64,000 nucleotides of DNA from Oopsacas minuta (GCA_024704765.1 JAKMXF010000308.1:248001-312000), one strand, 5' to 3'. Positions 37,491-50,215 are shown, numbered from the stretch's first letter. Numbers and translations are program-made. Notes: a model not told the origin generated them from the letters alone.

Positions 37491-38838
37491 CGAGTTACGA
37501 TATTTACACGGTCATCATTCAGTCAATTTTGAAGCTACATTCTGACTTTGGTTCATTTGAAAGGCCTGACAATTCTCTACCTCCTTGTACTATAGTTTCC
37601 CCATAAAATCTTTTGGTATGTGCGCACATGGAGCAAGGCCAGTATTTTTTAACCAGGGACAAACAAGTATAGGGAATCCTATCTATATGCAGTGTTATTT
37701 TTAAGAATTGGAATTGAGTGTAACAGAAATATTGGATGTAAAGTGATTATGGGAGTGATAAAGATATTATATTACTGTGGGATCCGAAATATTGGACAAT
37801 TAAATGGACTTTCGGTGACGAGTTTCCATGCAAGGAAATGTCAGATAACGAGACAAATGGGTCACCATGATCTAACGAAAGTAGCATTTTCAGGCTCTAC
37901 ACTCATAAATGACTTCAAATTGAGGTTAGTATTGTAGATCTAGATCGTTTAAGTGATCCAGATTGTTCAATATTTTTGGATATTATTCAGGATTTTATGA
38001 CATTCGTTTAACGAAAAGATGGAGTTGTTAAGTGATACCCCAAAGAAAATACAGATGGTGGAATTCTATCATTGAAATAGGTAAATTGTAGGTGTGCCCA
38101 GCGAGTGACTGAGGTCATAAAATATCATCTTCAGAATGTTCGATCAAAGTCGATAAAAAACCAATCCCTCAATTCAAGAAGGACAAAAAACTGATTTTGA
38201 AGAATTTATCTCACAAATAACGCGACTTACTTGTAATATAAACTAGATACAATGTTTTTGTATCCGCTTAAACACATTATGATAAATGGATCTAACATAA
38301 GTGTCAAAACATTATCTAACATGTGAGATCAAGTTAGTCAAATGCATCTTGGTCACGATTTTGATTCAAGCGAATTCTTTTTGCGAATGAATTGGTGAAA
38401 TACCCTGTAAATACTTTATTCACTCCAAAAAAGGACATGGCATCTTGAAACCCTTGCAGGAATATGTTTAGCCAATTTTGAGATATTATATATAAGAACA
38501 GGCGCCGGGGGTATTCTCATGAAAATATTCAGGAAATACGATATTGTAACTTTCGGATATAACAGTATTTGAAATGTGATACAGCGGAACCTAGTTAATA
38601 CGAACACAGCTAATGAGAATTCCCAGAGCATTAAAGGAGCGGCACTCCTATTTAATTGCAAACAATTTACAAATTTCATCGTTGTTCTGCATAAAATTCA
38701 GTATTCTTGCTAGAAAAAGTGGATGCTGAGAATTTTTGTATTATCCACAATTTATTGAAATGGTTGACTGGCACATTTAGCAATTTCTTAATGTTAATTG
38801 GTTAAATTCAATCCTAAAAGAATAGGAGGCGATTGGAG

Positions 38839-39241
38839 CATGCTTGTCAAAAGGTCAGGTCATTTTTACGTCATTTTAGGTCATTCAGAATATTCTCAGC
38901 TCATTTTCAGGCTTCAGGGAATTTACGATATTCTTTCTAATCTTACCTTGTTAATCCCTTGACTTAATTAACCCCGTAAATTAAATTGAATCACTTCAAT
39001 AATACGGTCAACTAGTAGTACGAGTATGATATATCTTCAATGTAATAGGCTCCGGTCAAAATAAATACTGAGTAAAACTGGAAGTATATCCATCCATCCC
39101 TTAGTGTATGGTTTCCCCATTCCTAAGTTTGCACTCAATTGATTGTTAAATAACCTGAAAATGACCTGTATGAAATATTTTTCAAGATGACATGACTGGA
39201 CTTGACCTGACCTGAATATGTAGGACCATTTGACAAGCCTG
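38839..39241. mobile_element. hAT MITE (403 bp) with subterminal AGGTCA/TGACCT repeats
   Basis: TIRs CATGCTTGTCAAAAGGTC / GACCATTTGACAAGCCTG; TSD GATTGGAG / GATAGGAG (7 of 8 match). Confidence 0.8.
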
Positions 39242-39907
39242 GATAGGAGCGAGCTCTATTTTTCCTGCAGCAGGTGCCGTTGTGCGCTCCTTTTCTCAGT
39301 AGGGAGCGGAGGTGGGAGCGCCGCTCCTTTTCAGGCCGGCAGCGCGGAGCGAGAGCACACTCGAAAAATGAGGAGCGCTTAAAGCTCTGGAATTTCCGGA
39401 TAAGACAAACAAATATTTACACATAATCGGGTCTCTATAGTGGTTATTCAATTGGTATTACTCCTATTAATACGAACTAGGGATTAGGCGAACAAAATTT
39501 GACAGTTCTACTGTATATGGATAGAGTGAAAATTTGACCGACAATTGTGTGCCCTCGATATAATCTCTAAATCCATTATCTACTGTTTCCAAGGAAATCC
39601 CATATATTAAATCTAGACTAGTATGGCCAAAATTATAGTATAATCGCGGAAATTGGAGTGTCAAACTTACACTCTAATTTGCCTTAAAACAAAACACGGT
39701 CTATATTTATTAACCGTTACAAAATTCCCAGCTTGGGATCATAGGAAGTTTGCATACAAAAAGGTTACCTTTTGTAAATCCCTAAAGATTAGGATCATAT
39801 TAAAGAATGTATAAAATCAATTATCAGTATCACAGTAATTATTTACAAATGATAGTACTCAAACTGGATCAAACTAATAGCAATTAAATAAATTTAACTC
39901 TCCAATG

Positions 39908-40609
39908 TTACGGGTACTCCTGAAGAAAATTCCGCACATTAATAGGGAATTTCTGATTGCCGAATTTAAGATCAGGACCACAAAGTGGAAATTCGTATTT
40001 TTCTTGGCAATTCATACTAGGAATTGAGTAATTAGAATTTGTATCAGAAACAATGAAATCATCATATATCATAGGTTTGTCTATTAGACCTGAGAGTAAC
40101 AACATTTCGAGATCCACTCCAGCTGCATAGATTGTAATATTCATACTTTTATCATGCCAATGATCGCACTTGTTATTTGGATGATATGGGCAATTAATAT
40201 TATGTTCAACATTCTGTATATATTCTTTGTCGTAGAAGAAATAAAGCAAATATTGGGAAGTGATATAGCTCGGAATATATAAACAATTGCTAAAAACCTT
40301 AGCTATAGTGGTTTTAATACATACTCCATTCTCAACGTAGTATCCGAATCCTGTGATAGAATTTAAATATACTTCATAGACCGGTATAGTATCTTTTGGA
40401 TTCAGATAGTCCTTCTCACTAATTACATATGAATCCAGAGAATAATCAGACTTGAACACTATGGAATTATATATATGAGCATATAACTTGTCAAAAGGTG
40501 TTTGAAAATTCGGTGAAGGTCTAACTTGAGCTGTGTAGTTGAGAGAGATTGTGTATGATTGGATTTTCAGAATAAGTGAGCAAATACACAATAGTCGTAA
40601 AAACATCAT
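39908..40609 (-). CDS. Intronless secreted protein, 233 aa, possibly ependymin-related (EPDR/LolA-like fold)
   Basis: Long uninterrupted ORF in AT-rich DNA; signal-peptide-like N-terminus; YEVYL...G.GYYV..GVC.K..I...F..CL.IP and C-terminal YDDF.VS......Y.IP..C resemble ependymin cysteine/aromatic spacing; NxT/S sequons (NYT, NIT, NYS). That it is coding is well supported; the family call is tentative. Confidence 0.6.
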   Translation of the reverse strand: MMFLRLLCICSLILKIQSYTISLNYTAQVRPSPNFQTPFDKLYAHIYNSIVFKSDYSLDSYVISEKDYLNPKDTIPVYEVYLNSITGFGYYVENGVCIKTTIAKVFSNCLYIPSYITSQYLLYFFYDKEYIQNVEHNINCPYHPNNKCDHWHDKSMNITIYAAGVDLEMLLLSGLIDKPMIYDDFIVSDTNSNYSIPSMNCQEKYEFPLCGPDLKFGNQKFPINVRNFLQEYP

Positions 40610-40854
40610 TAATAATTTGATCTAGTGTTTCGAAAAAAAGGTAAACACATGACAAGAACTGAAGTAAGGATCTAAGAAAAAGCTAATAAGTGCATCTAAA
40701 TTACATTTAATGACTTTCTGTGGTGACACCGGAGCTGCTATGTATCTTTAGGTTATTAATCTCGGCAATGTATGCCTTGAGCATTCAGAATTTGGAAATT
40801 TGGAGAATTCTCAAATTGTGTAGCCATGGTGATGTAATACTTTCATCATGAGTA

Positions 40855-41030
40855 TGCATTGGGAAAGATTGTGACCTCATCACATTGAGGGGTACCTGTG
40901 ATTCAAATTTCAACAATCTTTCATGCATGATACATTAGCTGAGCAGTGACTAATAATGTGATTTTTCAAAAATCCAAAAGTTGACAATTACGTCATAGTT
41001 AAGAATTTCTGTTTAAGACTCGAACTTGTT
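40855..41030 (-). repeat. Helitron-like dispersed repeat, family 2 (partial)
   Basis: CACATTGAGGGGTACCTGTGATTCAAATTT...AATAATGTGATTTT matches the 36105-36393 copy. Confidence 0.65.
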
Positions 41031-43015
41031 CCCGCCATACAGAATATTTTGTTTTCACAATATAGAAATAGATTATTCAAAAAATAGATTCAAGTTGGAA
41101 TAGCTATTGGTTGACTGGCAATCATCTATACATTAAAACGCGAGTAATCTGTCATATCAGGGATTGGTTAATCGACTTTGGGAGTATTATGTTGGCATGT
41201 ATATCTCGGAAACAATGCACTATTGGCCGAATGAATGTACCACATACTAGCAGAAATGCATGTTATCATTCCATAAAAGCAAATTTTGTCAAAATATACC
41301 AGATTATATATTTTGTAATCAATAATTCAGCGAATTATTAAATATATGCTCCATCTTAAAAACAATGTAGTACGTTAAATATTGATATTTGATTAAAATG
41401 TTGAAATACGAAATGTTCTAAAATCGTTCCTTTATGAGAAGTTGGATGTATATTTCACCTATAGGAACGTAGTGTGAGTATACTCAGTCGCGTAAAGACC
41501 AAGAGCACAAAGAAATTTAGCTGTTCATTACTTAAGCTAACCCGAGGCACTAAGTTGTTTCACCATGACCTAGTTCGTTATCTGGTCACGAATTGTATGC
41601 GTCTTATCCGATTATGTAATAACCGAATCATTTATAATGGATTTTAGGAGATAATTTCGGGTACTCGAGACAAGTACGTCTTATCCGAGAGTACGTCTTT
41701 AGCCGAGTTCTACTGTAAATACATGCTACGTTTACGAATTGGATTCCTAGATTATCCCGGAAAAGGTCACATTCGCATGAGAAGTATGACAATTAAGAGA
41801 GAAACTTACTTCCCGGATTATGTCATAAAACACTCTTCACATACGAGAAGTGGATGTAGCTGATGTAACTTTCAGGATGCTAAATATTTATACTGATGAT
41901 ATTATGGGCGATAGAGGATAGTTCTGTCGTGTATTTTGACTTAGAAACCGATGTAAAACCAAGTCTATTTCGTATTAGTGTCTTGTCTACCTCTGTCCAC
42001 CCCATTAACTACCAAAATTCAGTAGAAAATTAATACAATTATTTACTCACCCACTTACTACCTGGTAGAAAGTGGACCAAAAATTCAAATGTTTTAGATA
42101 GGGATCAAAGAATGACGAGGGTATAAAGGTTAAAGAACCATTGCGCTGAGGCAATGGTTGTCACTAAAAAATTGGACCAGGACAGCAGGGATTGGGAAAA
42201 TACTACAATATTCACATACGAAATCAAATGGTGCATCTTGGCACGAATAAATATATATTATTGATTTTGTACGCACAATATACACACAAAATATATACGT
42301 AACTACAAAGTATTTCCAGGCCGAAATGACATAATCTACCTGCTTACATACCGAATATGTCAAATGGATGTTCTAAAGTTGAAACCCTGTAATTAGTTAA
42401 TTAATTAATTTACGGCTACAAAATTTGTACCATGGGATCTAAGGATGTTGCTATACAAAATATTAAATTTTGTCATGATAATGTTCGCGCGTTTCAGAGT
42501 TATAGTGTTGACCATGGATGGCATATTTTTGCCAATATTCACCCATAACTTGACAACCTTCAATATTAAGGTCAATATGCTATCTCTGGGAATCATGATG
42601 TAATCTAGAAAATGACTATATATGGTATTATTGATGTTTGCTCAATATTCTTTGGAGATATCATATCAAAATGCATTACGTATTAGGGTATAAATAACTT
42701 ATATATAGCTCAGCTAAACTATAGTACAGTTTTTGTGTATTAGCTTTTCTATCTTAGAGGAAGGGTCAGCTATATATAAGAAATCTCATTAGGGTATGAG
42801 ATTATACCTCAATGTTAGTTACGCAGGAGCATTGTCTTAGTGCAAGGGTGCTCAAACGGTTGCCCGCGGAAAATTCGCTTGTATTTTCATTATTCATGAA
42901 GAATACATATCCTAGATGTTGTTGATGACCTTCAAGGAGGTCATCAAATTTAGACTAAATATATTCATCAAAATTGTATACGATTCACCTTGTAAAAGTG
43001 CACAGAAATAAATAA

Positions 43016-43644
43016 CATTGTACAACAAATTTTCATTTTGGAAAAAAACGAGAACCTGATTAGGCCTCTATAGTCAATTAGGATCTCCTGATTCCGAATA
43101 TGAATACTGTTTTGCTCAATCATGCACCAATTCAATAGAATTCAACTCACAAATTGAGAAAATGGCATATATTACCAAAAAATTTCCACTTAAATATCAA
43201 CTAGTCATGTAAAGCTCGTGAGGATTTTTAAATTCGCGGTTTTGTTGAATTCATTTAGTACAAGAAATAGCTTCGTATTTGCTAAACCTTTTATTTATAT
43301 GGTTTCTACGATATTTTGTGATTTTTTTCTCATTTTTTGTACTTATGATTTAGATTTCGTTAGTAAATGACCAATTTTTTGCCTATACTAGCTCGTTCTG
43401 GTATATATTTGCTCTAAATACGATGTAGTTTAATAATCATCTCAGGTTTTACATGACTAGATGATATTTCGATATATAATTTTTGTAGATTGTTGTAATT
43501 TCCCATTTTGAATGTTAAATTCTATAAAATTGTTGCGTGATTGAGCAAAACTGTATTCATATTGGGAATCAGGAGATCCTAATTGACTTTAGAGGCCTAA
43601 TCAGGTTCTTGTTTTTTGCCAAAATGAAAATTTGTTATACAGTG
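43016..43644. mobile_element. CACTA/EnSpm-like MITE, 629 bp, ~115-bp TIRs
   Basis: Ends CATTGTACAACAAATTTTCATTTTGG / CCAAAATGAAAATTTGTTATACAGTG (CACTG-type terminus); 3-bp TSD TAA (43013-43015, 43645-43647). Confidence 0.85.
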
Positions 43645-44442
43645 TAATCTATTCTTACCCAAGATATTTGCACGATTTTAGCTTGTTTCGGAAACTAAGA
43701 AGTACTAAGTATCAAATACATTTGCATGGGGAAATTATTAAGATTCATTATAATAAAATGATCAACAGACACAAGATGATAATCACATTTTGTTACTGAC
43801 ATTTTGCATCATTTGGACGCTTTTGGGTATATAGAATAGTCATAGAATTGATGAGCTATTTCTAAGTGTATCAAAAACAATTTAGCCTATATTTTTGATG
43901 ACTTTGAATATAACCTCAATCTATGATGTATATGTATATATATATATGTATATACAATAGAACCTCGTTAATAGGAACACGGTTAATACGAATTTCCTGA
44001 TAAGACAACACACATATTAACACAAAACCTGGTCCATTACATTTTAATGTTGTTATATTTTACCGAAACGGTGTATGATCGTAGGAAATAGACTGTAGGC
44101 GTGAAGGACCTATTCCTATTGTATATTTTGCATGGTATTCAAGTATTGAGAAAGTATTTTGAACAAATATACCTACTGCATTTGGTCTGAAATCCAAATA
44201 GTAACGCGATCAGACTTATTGATCCAATAATACTTTGATATGATCAAACTAGTTTCATTGTCTTAGGAGTGCTTCAATCGTCAGATAATAATTGTTTTTC
44301 TAAACACCTTATACATACTCAAGACAGAGAGACGAACACTCGCTCAGTTCACGAGTATAACATGAGAGGCAGAAGCTAAATTGAAAGTTTTCAAAGTAAA
44401 AGCAAAATACAAGGAAACACAAACAAACTAAAAATATAGTAA

Positions 44443-44596
44443 AGGGCCAATCAAACGTTACCCTACAAGGGGAGGGGAATGGTATGCGAATTGTGATAAC
44501 CCAATTCTTTTGTATCACAAAACGGCAAAAGAGCGTGACAAAAGGAGGGGTGTCAAAATTTAGGGAAATTTGCTTTAAGTAACGTTTACCGGCCCC
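44443..44596. mobile_element. PIF/Harbinger (Tourist-like) MITE, 154 bp
   Basis: TAA|AGGGCCAATCAAACGTTAC ... GTAACGTTTACCGGCCCC|TAA. Confidence 0.7.
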
Positions 44597-45754
44597 TAAA
44601 AGACAATAATAGTAGAATAACATTGTAGAAATATCGAATCCATTATTAATGCAATATTAGGCCAAATAGTATATTTTATGAATTTGATTGAACTAAAGCC
44701 AGAGGCGATCTAAGGTTTGTGGCCTGTAAGGTGCAGTAAAATATTTAAAGTAGCCCATAGCTTTAAAAGTTTTACTGCCCCTGGTATAGAGGGACGGGTG
44801 GTGAGATTTTTTTTCTTGATAAATCGTTTTTCAAGTTCCCGTCGCTTATCCAGGGAAATACGGTAGACTGAATCCGATTTTCACACTTTTGAATTAATCA
44901 TATGTAATTTAGTTGTTGTTTTCATGAATATAAAGTCAACGAATAATAAAAAGGTCAACATATAGGCAGATATTTTTCTTAACGGCTTCAATGGGTAGCA
45001 TAGTACCTGAATCCTAACTTGGTGTTTTCAAGTTTCTCATATATAAATATGTCGTTGTTTGTGTGTAAAGTAAGGAAATTCTAATTAGCCCCAATACTTG
45101 GTTTCAAAGGTTAAATTATTTAATTTAGCACTTTCAAGTTTCTCAAATGTAAATTGTTGTTATGAAAATTAACGGAGTCACGAATTGCCGAGCTCCACAC
45201 AAACATGAAGTGTTCGCAAGCCTCGCAGCGCGAGCAAGCGAAGCGCGCTTGTTATACTAAATAATGATTACTTATTGAATGCACGTAGAATAAGATAAAA
45301 TTGTGTACATTCGTACAGTCCCAGAGTAGATGCCCATGAATGACACGGCATTAACAATATTCACCTACTATAACTTCACAATCTTTAAGAACTTGGTGAT
45401 AAATTCCTTGTTTTAAATATCTAAGACAAGTATTACTTACTCCATATATGAGAAATCATTGAAATTCGAACACATGTGCCCTACAATATAACCCATGCCA
45501 TTATTATAGAGTTTGAATTCAAGTGAAAATCTTGAAAGTTGCGTAGCCAGCTTTACTCATATGTCGACGAAAGTTCTTATGCACTTTTCAGTGATGGGAA
45601 GGGTAATGGACTCATGGAGCCATGGTCAATTTCCTGGATTAGTGAAAAGTCACTCTTTTATTCGGGGGATAAGTTTTTAATAGTTTCAAATCCGGGGCCA
45701 TATCTCAATTTGCCACTTATAAAGGTTTGGCTGTATAATCTAATTATGTATATA

Positions 45755-45928
45755 CAGTAGAACGGATAAGACGTACCCCTCGGGAAACGAAAATTAGTAC
45801 GTACTATTCGTAGTAAGTCTTATGACCCTTATCCGAATATTTTCCTATACAAATAGTACAATAATAGAACATCCGTTAAGGAGAAAAGTAGGTACTTACC
45901 CAGAGTACGTACTAACCGAGTTCTCCTG
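45755..45928. mobile_element. pogo/Tigger-type MITE
   Basis: TA|CAGTAGAAC ... GTTCTCCTG|TA; a related end lies at about 41680-41715. Confidence 0.7.
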
Positions 45929-46095
45929 TATCTATAGAACTTGGCCATGGTGTGTTTACTGACTGTGTCGGACAGTTGATTTGTACAAAAAGAAAATGTA
46001 ACAGGAATTCTTAAGAAAATATACACATTAGAAATAGTGATAACAGGGACAAATAGCTACATCTTCAGCTTTGATTATATATACAGATTTATATT

Positions 46096-46947
46096 CTAGA
46101 ACATCTCTCTTAGCCTTTCCTTTAAAAGGTAAGGTAACGGTAGCTGGTCAATACCTTCCGGCCTTGTTAACCTCTTATATACCATCATTAAACATTGTTC
46201 TTTGAGTGATGATTGATGACGGAGATATGTTAACTTTATTGATTTCGCAGAACCATATACATCTATTACTGCCTGATATTTAAACCCCTTAGGCAAGTTT
46301 GATACGGCGACACCTTGATAGATGCCATTTTTGTAAAATATCATTCGATTTTTGTTATCAATACTTAGTGCTACAATATCTCCAACTTTTAGCGACTCAA
46401 AGTTCAGGACATAGTCCTCTTCACGATTGCGATTATGAAGTTTTCCCGAAGATAGTATCCAATAGTCTTCTCGTGCGTAGAATGTCATCCCATTTGGAGG
46501 TATGGTCTTGAGTGTACGGGGTGCTTGTGTAGTTATACCAAACCGCATATGTCCAGCCCAGCCCTGAGCTTCTGAAAGAAATTCCAATTGCACAATGTCG
46601 TTAACCTCAATTGGCTGCGACATGAATACAACACAATTTGAGTAAGAATTGTGCCGGCTTACTGTACAATAATCTGTAGAGAATGAAGCGTTGTAACCAT
46701 GATAGTTTTTGTCAATTGTAACAGCGGGATCTTGTTTATAAGTAAATCCAAGCATTTTGAGATTAGAGTAATAATCATGACGTAAGTAGAGCTTGGAACA
46801 ACTACCAACTTGTTCTTCCTGAACCGAAGAGGAGGCTAAATATATTTGGCTGCAGGTGTCAGGAGCAGTTGTTTTCGAAATTTCTGTAGAGTCGACTTCC
46901 ATATTGCTTTCAAATGGAAAAGATTGTTCTTGTTGTGTAGGATCCAT
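46096..46947 (-). CDS. Intronless Neuralized-homology-repeat (NHR) + SOCS-box protein, NEURL2/Ozz-like architecture
   Basis: NHR motifs HGYN....VVFMSQPI...GWAGHMRFGITT..P and LKVGDIVAL....M.FY.NG...G......P......VIDVYG; C-terminal SOCS box SLKEQC...V.......IDQLPLPYLLKERL. Confidence 0.85.
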   Translation of the reverse strand: MDPTQQEQSFPFESNMEVDSTEISKTTAPDTCSQIYLASSSVQEEQVGSCSKLYLRHDYYSNLKMLGFTYKQDPAVTIDKNYHGYNASFSTDYCTVSRHNSYSNCVVFMSQPIEVNDIVQLEFLSEAQGWAGHMRFGITTQAPRTLKTIPPNGMTFYAREDYWILSSGKLHNRNREEDYVLNFESLKVGDIVALSIDNKNRMIFYKNGIYQGVAVSNLPKGFKYQAVIDVYGSAKSIKLTYLRHQSSLKEQCLMMVYKRLTRPEGIDQLPLPYLLKERLREMF

Positions 46948-47799
46948 TGAGATCGAATAAATGTTTATCTAACTAGATAATTGTAGCTTGTATAAAATGG
47001 TAATAAATATAAATCTGTAACTAATTTATAGTCGAGAGATATAAAACAATGTGGTGAATAGCAAAGTAGTTGAATGGTAACCATATTGTTTTATGGAAAT
47101 AACATTCCAATGTTTTCAAGTCGAAGCTACCAAAATTCATAATATGAAAAGGTCAGTTAATTAGTAGAAATAATATATCGAATTATCCATAATCATAAAC
47201 CAGAGAAACCACAAGATTATGATGAAATAAATAATCTAATACTATATCGTCGACTGTGTCAATAGAAAATAGATTGTATTACAAGAATGTTCATTATGAT
47301 GAAAGATCTCTACTATTCTTAAAACATGATTAATCTGTAAAATAAATTATTACCGCGGATAATAGCCGGGGCGATTATTAATTTCAAAGCCCTTTGAGAG
47401 GCAAGTTGGGATTTTTGTAAACACTTAAATTTCTATATAATAATACCTATGTGCAGTGTGGTCTTTATCAATGGGCAAACTGGGCACTGCCCAAGGCCTA
47501 CTTTTTCTGATGAAAGGCATTGGTGCTCTTCGTACACGCTAAGGGATAGATGGAATTGGTCCAAAAACTACTGGATGTTGTTCTGAAATTATTCAAATTT
47601 GTCAGAAAATGGAATCGCTGGAATTGGACCTAAAAAGGTCCGATATGTGTCCCAAACTCAAAACTGGACTTTATCCAAAAACTCTAATGCTAGAATTTGT
47701 CCAAAAATGTTCTATAATGTTTCGCGTTCAAATAAACCCACAAACAACCAATGGGTGCCGAAGAAATTGGAAAACAGTCCTTGAAAAACTCGACACTAA

Positions 47800-47885
47800 C
47801 AGGGTTCTCATCTCTCACGATTTCCGGCCTTCAAATACCCCAGAAGAATCTCACGATTTTGAAGGTTTCCAGGTTGAGAGCCCTG
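47800..47885. mobile_element. Tiny hAT-like MITE (86 bp) with an apparent 6-bp TSD
   Basis: TIRs CAGGGTTCTCA / TGAGAGCCCTG flanked by CACTAA on both sides; a longer relative starts at about 49677. Confidence 0.7.
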
Positions 47886-47921
47886 CACTAATCCAAGGAA
47901 AAATTCTTCACAACCATCCTA

Positions 47922-49340
47922 ATAGATAGATAGATAGATAGACTTTAATTAGAGAGGATAACCTATTCACAAATGTGATCTTCCATCGGGCCTCTGTACA
48001 TTAAATCCAGATACATACAAATAAAAATTACAGACAAGATAAAAACAAATACGCAAACAACAGGAACAAAAACACAAGGATAAAACAATAGTATATACTA
48101 TATAATAGGTTCATAGTTCCAAGTGATATAAAGTGATTTTCTTGCATCAAAGTACTAATATATACAGAAAAATGTAGTCAGGAAATGTGTGCATTAGATA
48201 TAAACTGTTGAAAAATTGTAGGGAATTTGATTGCTTAATATGAGAATTCAAATCGTTGTATAATTTGGCAGAAGAATAAGCGAAACTGTTTTTATATAAA
48301 GAAATGTTAGCTCTCGGAAGCTATAATGAATAGGTGCTAATCAGGGTATTATAAAGACATTTCAGAACGCGGTCCTATTCTTGATGAATAATAAAATATT
48401 CCAGTGATACATCTAGCAGACCTCCTTTATAACGTATTCAGACGGTTTAAGTAACAAGTAGCTGCCCCTCCCCATACTGTTCTGCAATAATCTAGGTGAG
48501 ATTCAATGAAAGAATAGTAGTAAGTCAATAAGATGTTAATTATAGGAACTTTTTAATCTTATAAGGTACTTTTAACCGAAGGCTTATCTTTGTAACTAAT
48601 TTAGCTTTATGTCTAGAGAAAGATAGTTTATCGTCAATTTCAACACCTAGAATTTGTGATGTGATACATGTCTTGATAACTTTCATTAACTCGGATCGTG
48701 AGTTGTTTCATATTTTGATGTGCTAACCTTTGTCTAGTACAGGGGTGGGCAAACTACGGCCCGATTGTGATTTTGAATATATTTGCAGTACTCGAATTAT
48801 TTGATCACTGTATTACTCTTCCTGACTCATTCGGAAATTCCGTCCCATGGAAAATTTGATTAATATTAGTTAATTATTATGTAGGATTATTGTTTATTTT
48901 ACTATTAGCTAGTAGAGTTTCTCTAATTAGAACATGGAACGTAGTCGTAGGTCAATACGGCCCACAGAAAATTTATAATTAGAGTGCGGCCCGCGCAGAA
49001 AAAGTTTACCCACCCCTGGCCTAGTACACAAACATAGAACAAGACTTCATATTATTAATTACCATGTTAATTAATCATTATACTCCAGTCCTCTATTTTC
49101 TTGATATCTTCTTGTAGTTTGATGTTAATATATCCAACTTCATACCAATGAGAGTAGATATTACTGTCATCTGCATATAAGCTTAGCTTTGAGTTATTTA
49201 CAAAGAGAAATATATCATTAACAAAAAATTTTTTACAAAGTCCAGTGACTCGGTTTCCCATGCTAAGCCTCATGTAAGATTGGTAAGAAATACTATATAG
49301 CATCGATTTTGAAGATTTGATAGATGATTTCGCAGGCCTG
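47922..49340 (-). mobile_element. 5'-truncated LINE (L2/CR1-like): RT C-terminus, 3' UTR and (TCTA)n tail
   Basis: VNDIF...SKLSLYADDSNIY...KLQEDIKKIEDW (YADD at 49166-49177); decayed downstream ORF; on the minus strand the 3' end reads GGCCCGATGGAAGATCAC...AATTAAAG followed by a (TCTA)n tail at 47922-47941. Confidence 0.85.
48740..49018. mobile_element. Buster/Charlie-type hAT MITE (279 bp) inserted in the LINE
   Basis: TIRs CAGGGGTGGGCAAACT / AGTTTACCCACCCCTG; TSD GTCTAGTA / GCCTAGTA with central TA. Confidence 0.88.
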
Positions 49341-49371
49341 AGGATAAGGTAACATAATATAAGCACATAGG

Positions 49372-50215
49372 CAGAGCCGTTTTTAGGCGTTAGTAGACCC
49401 CTTTCACCCCGAAAAGGCTAAAATTGGAAATTTACTTTAATTGTCAAGGTTTTAATGTTACAACAAATTCAGATTGTAATTGAGATGCCGGATTAAGGGA
49501 AGTGAGGGTCCTAAGCCCAATTTTTGATTGGGCCCCAATCACAGTTTGAATATACTAACTTCATATCGTGACAAATTCATAAAAACAATTGATAGCTACT
49601 AATTTCGAATTTGAGACTCTATTTATTGCTAGCCATTATTGACCTAGTTCACGCAGCTCAATAAGAGCCCCAGATGCAGGGCTCTCAACCTGGAAACATT
49701 CAAAATCGTGTGATTCCTCAAAAATATCACGATTCTATCCTGAGATGTGCAATTTACAATTCTCACGATTTCGGCCCTTCAAATACTGCCCGCAGATGCA
49801 TAAGTCCCGAAATGGTGGTTATCCTTAAGTTGAGGGCCAGTAGCTGAGCCGGGAATTTGAGGTGGGGATAATCATCCATCAGTGTTCTGGGATGGTCCCC
49901 TACTGGGGCCTAGTGGCGCAGCCCGAATAAGACAAGCTATAAATTGTAAGTATGAAACTAGTTGTATATTCCTGAGGTTTAGGTGAATTAACATGATATT
50001 AAGGGTAAAATGTGAGCGAAGCGAGCCCAAAATTTTTTTATAATTTGAGTTCAATAACGTAATAATTGAATAACACGAACATTCGAAATAGTGTATAAAT
50101 ATCCTGAGGGGGGCATACATCAACCTATCCCCCTACGGGACCCGCCACTGGTGGATCCCTAAGGGTGGGGGGCCTAAGCAATGGCTTATTAGGCTTAGTT
50201 GCTAACTCGGCTCTG
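49372..50215. mobile_element. Cluster of nested GC-rich hAT-like MITE fragments
   Basis: Outer CAGAGCCG / CGGCTCTG inverted ends, internal CAGGGCTCTCAACC and CCGCCACTG termini; TSDs not resolved. Confidence 0.5.

Noticed and set aside
37730-38250. Protein-like frame with scattered stops
   Set aside because: There is no recognisable motif, and the stop density is not convincingly below chance by eye.
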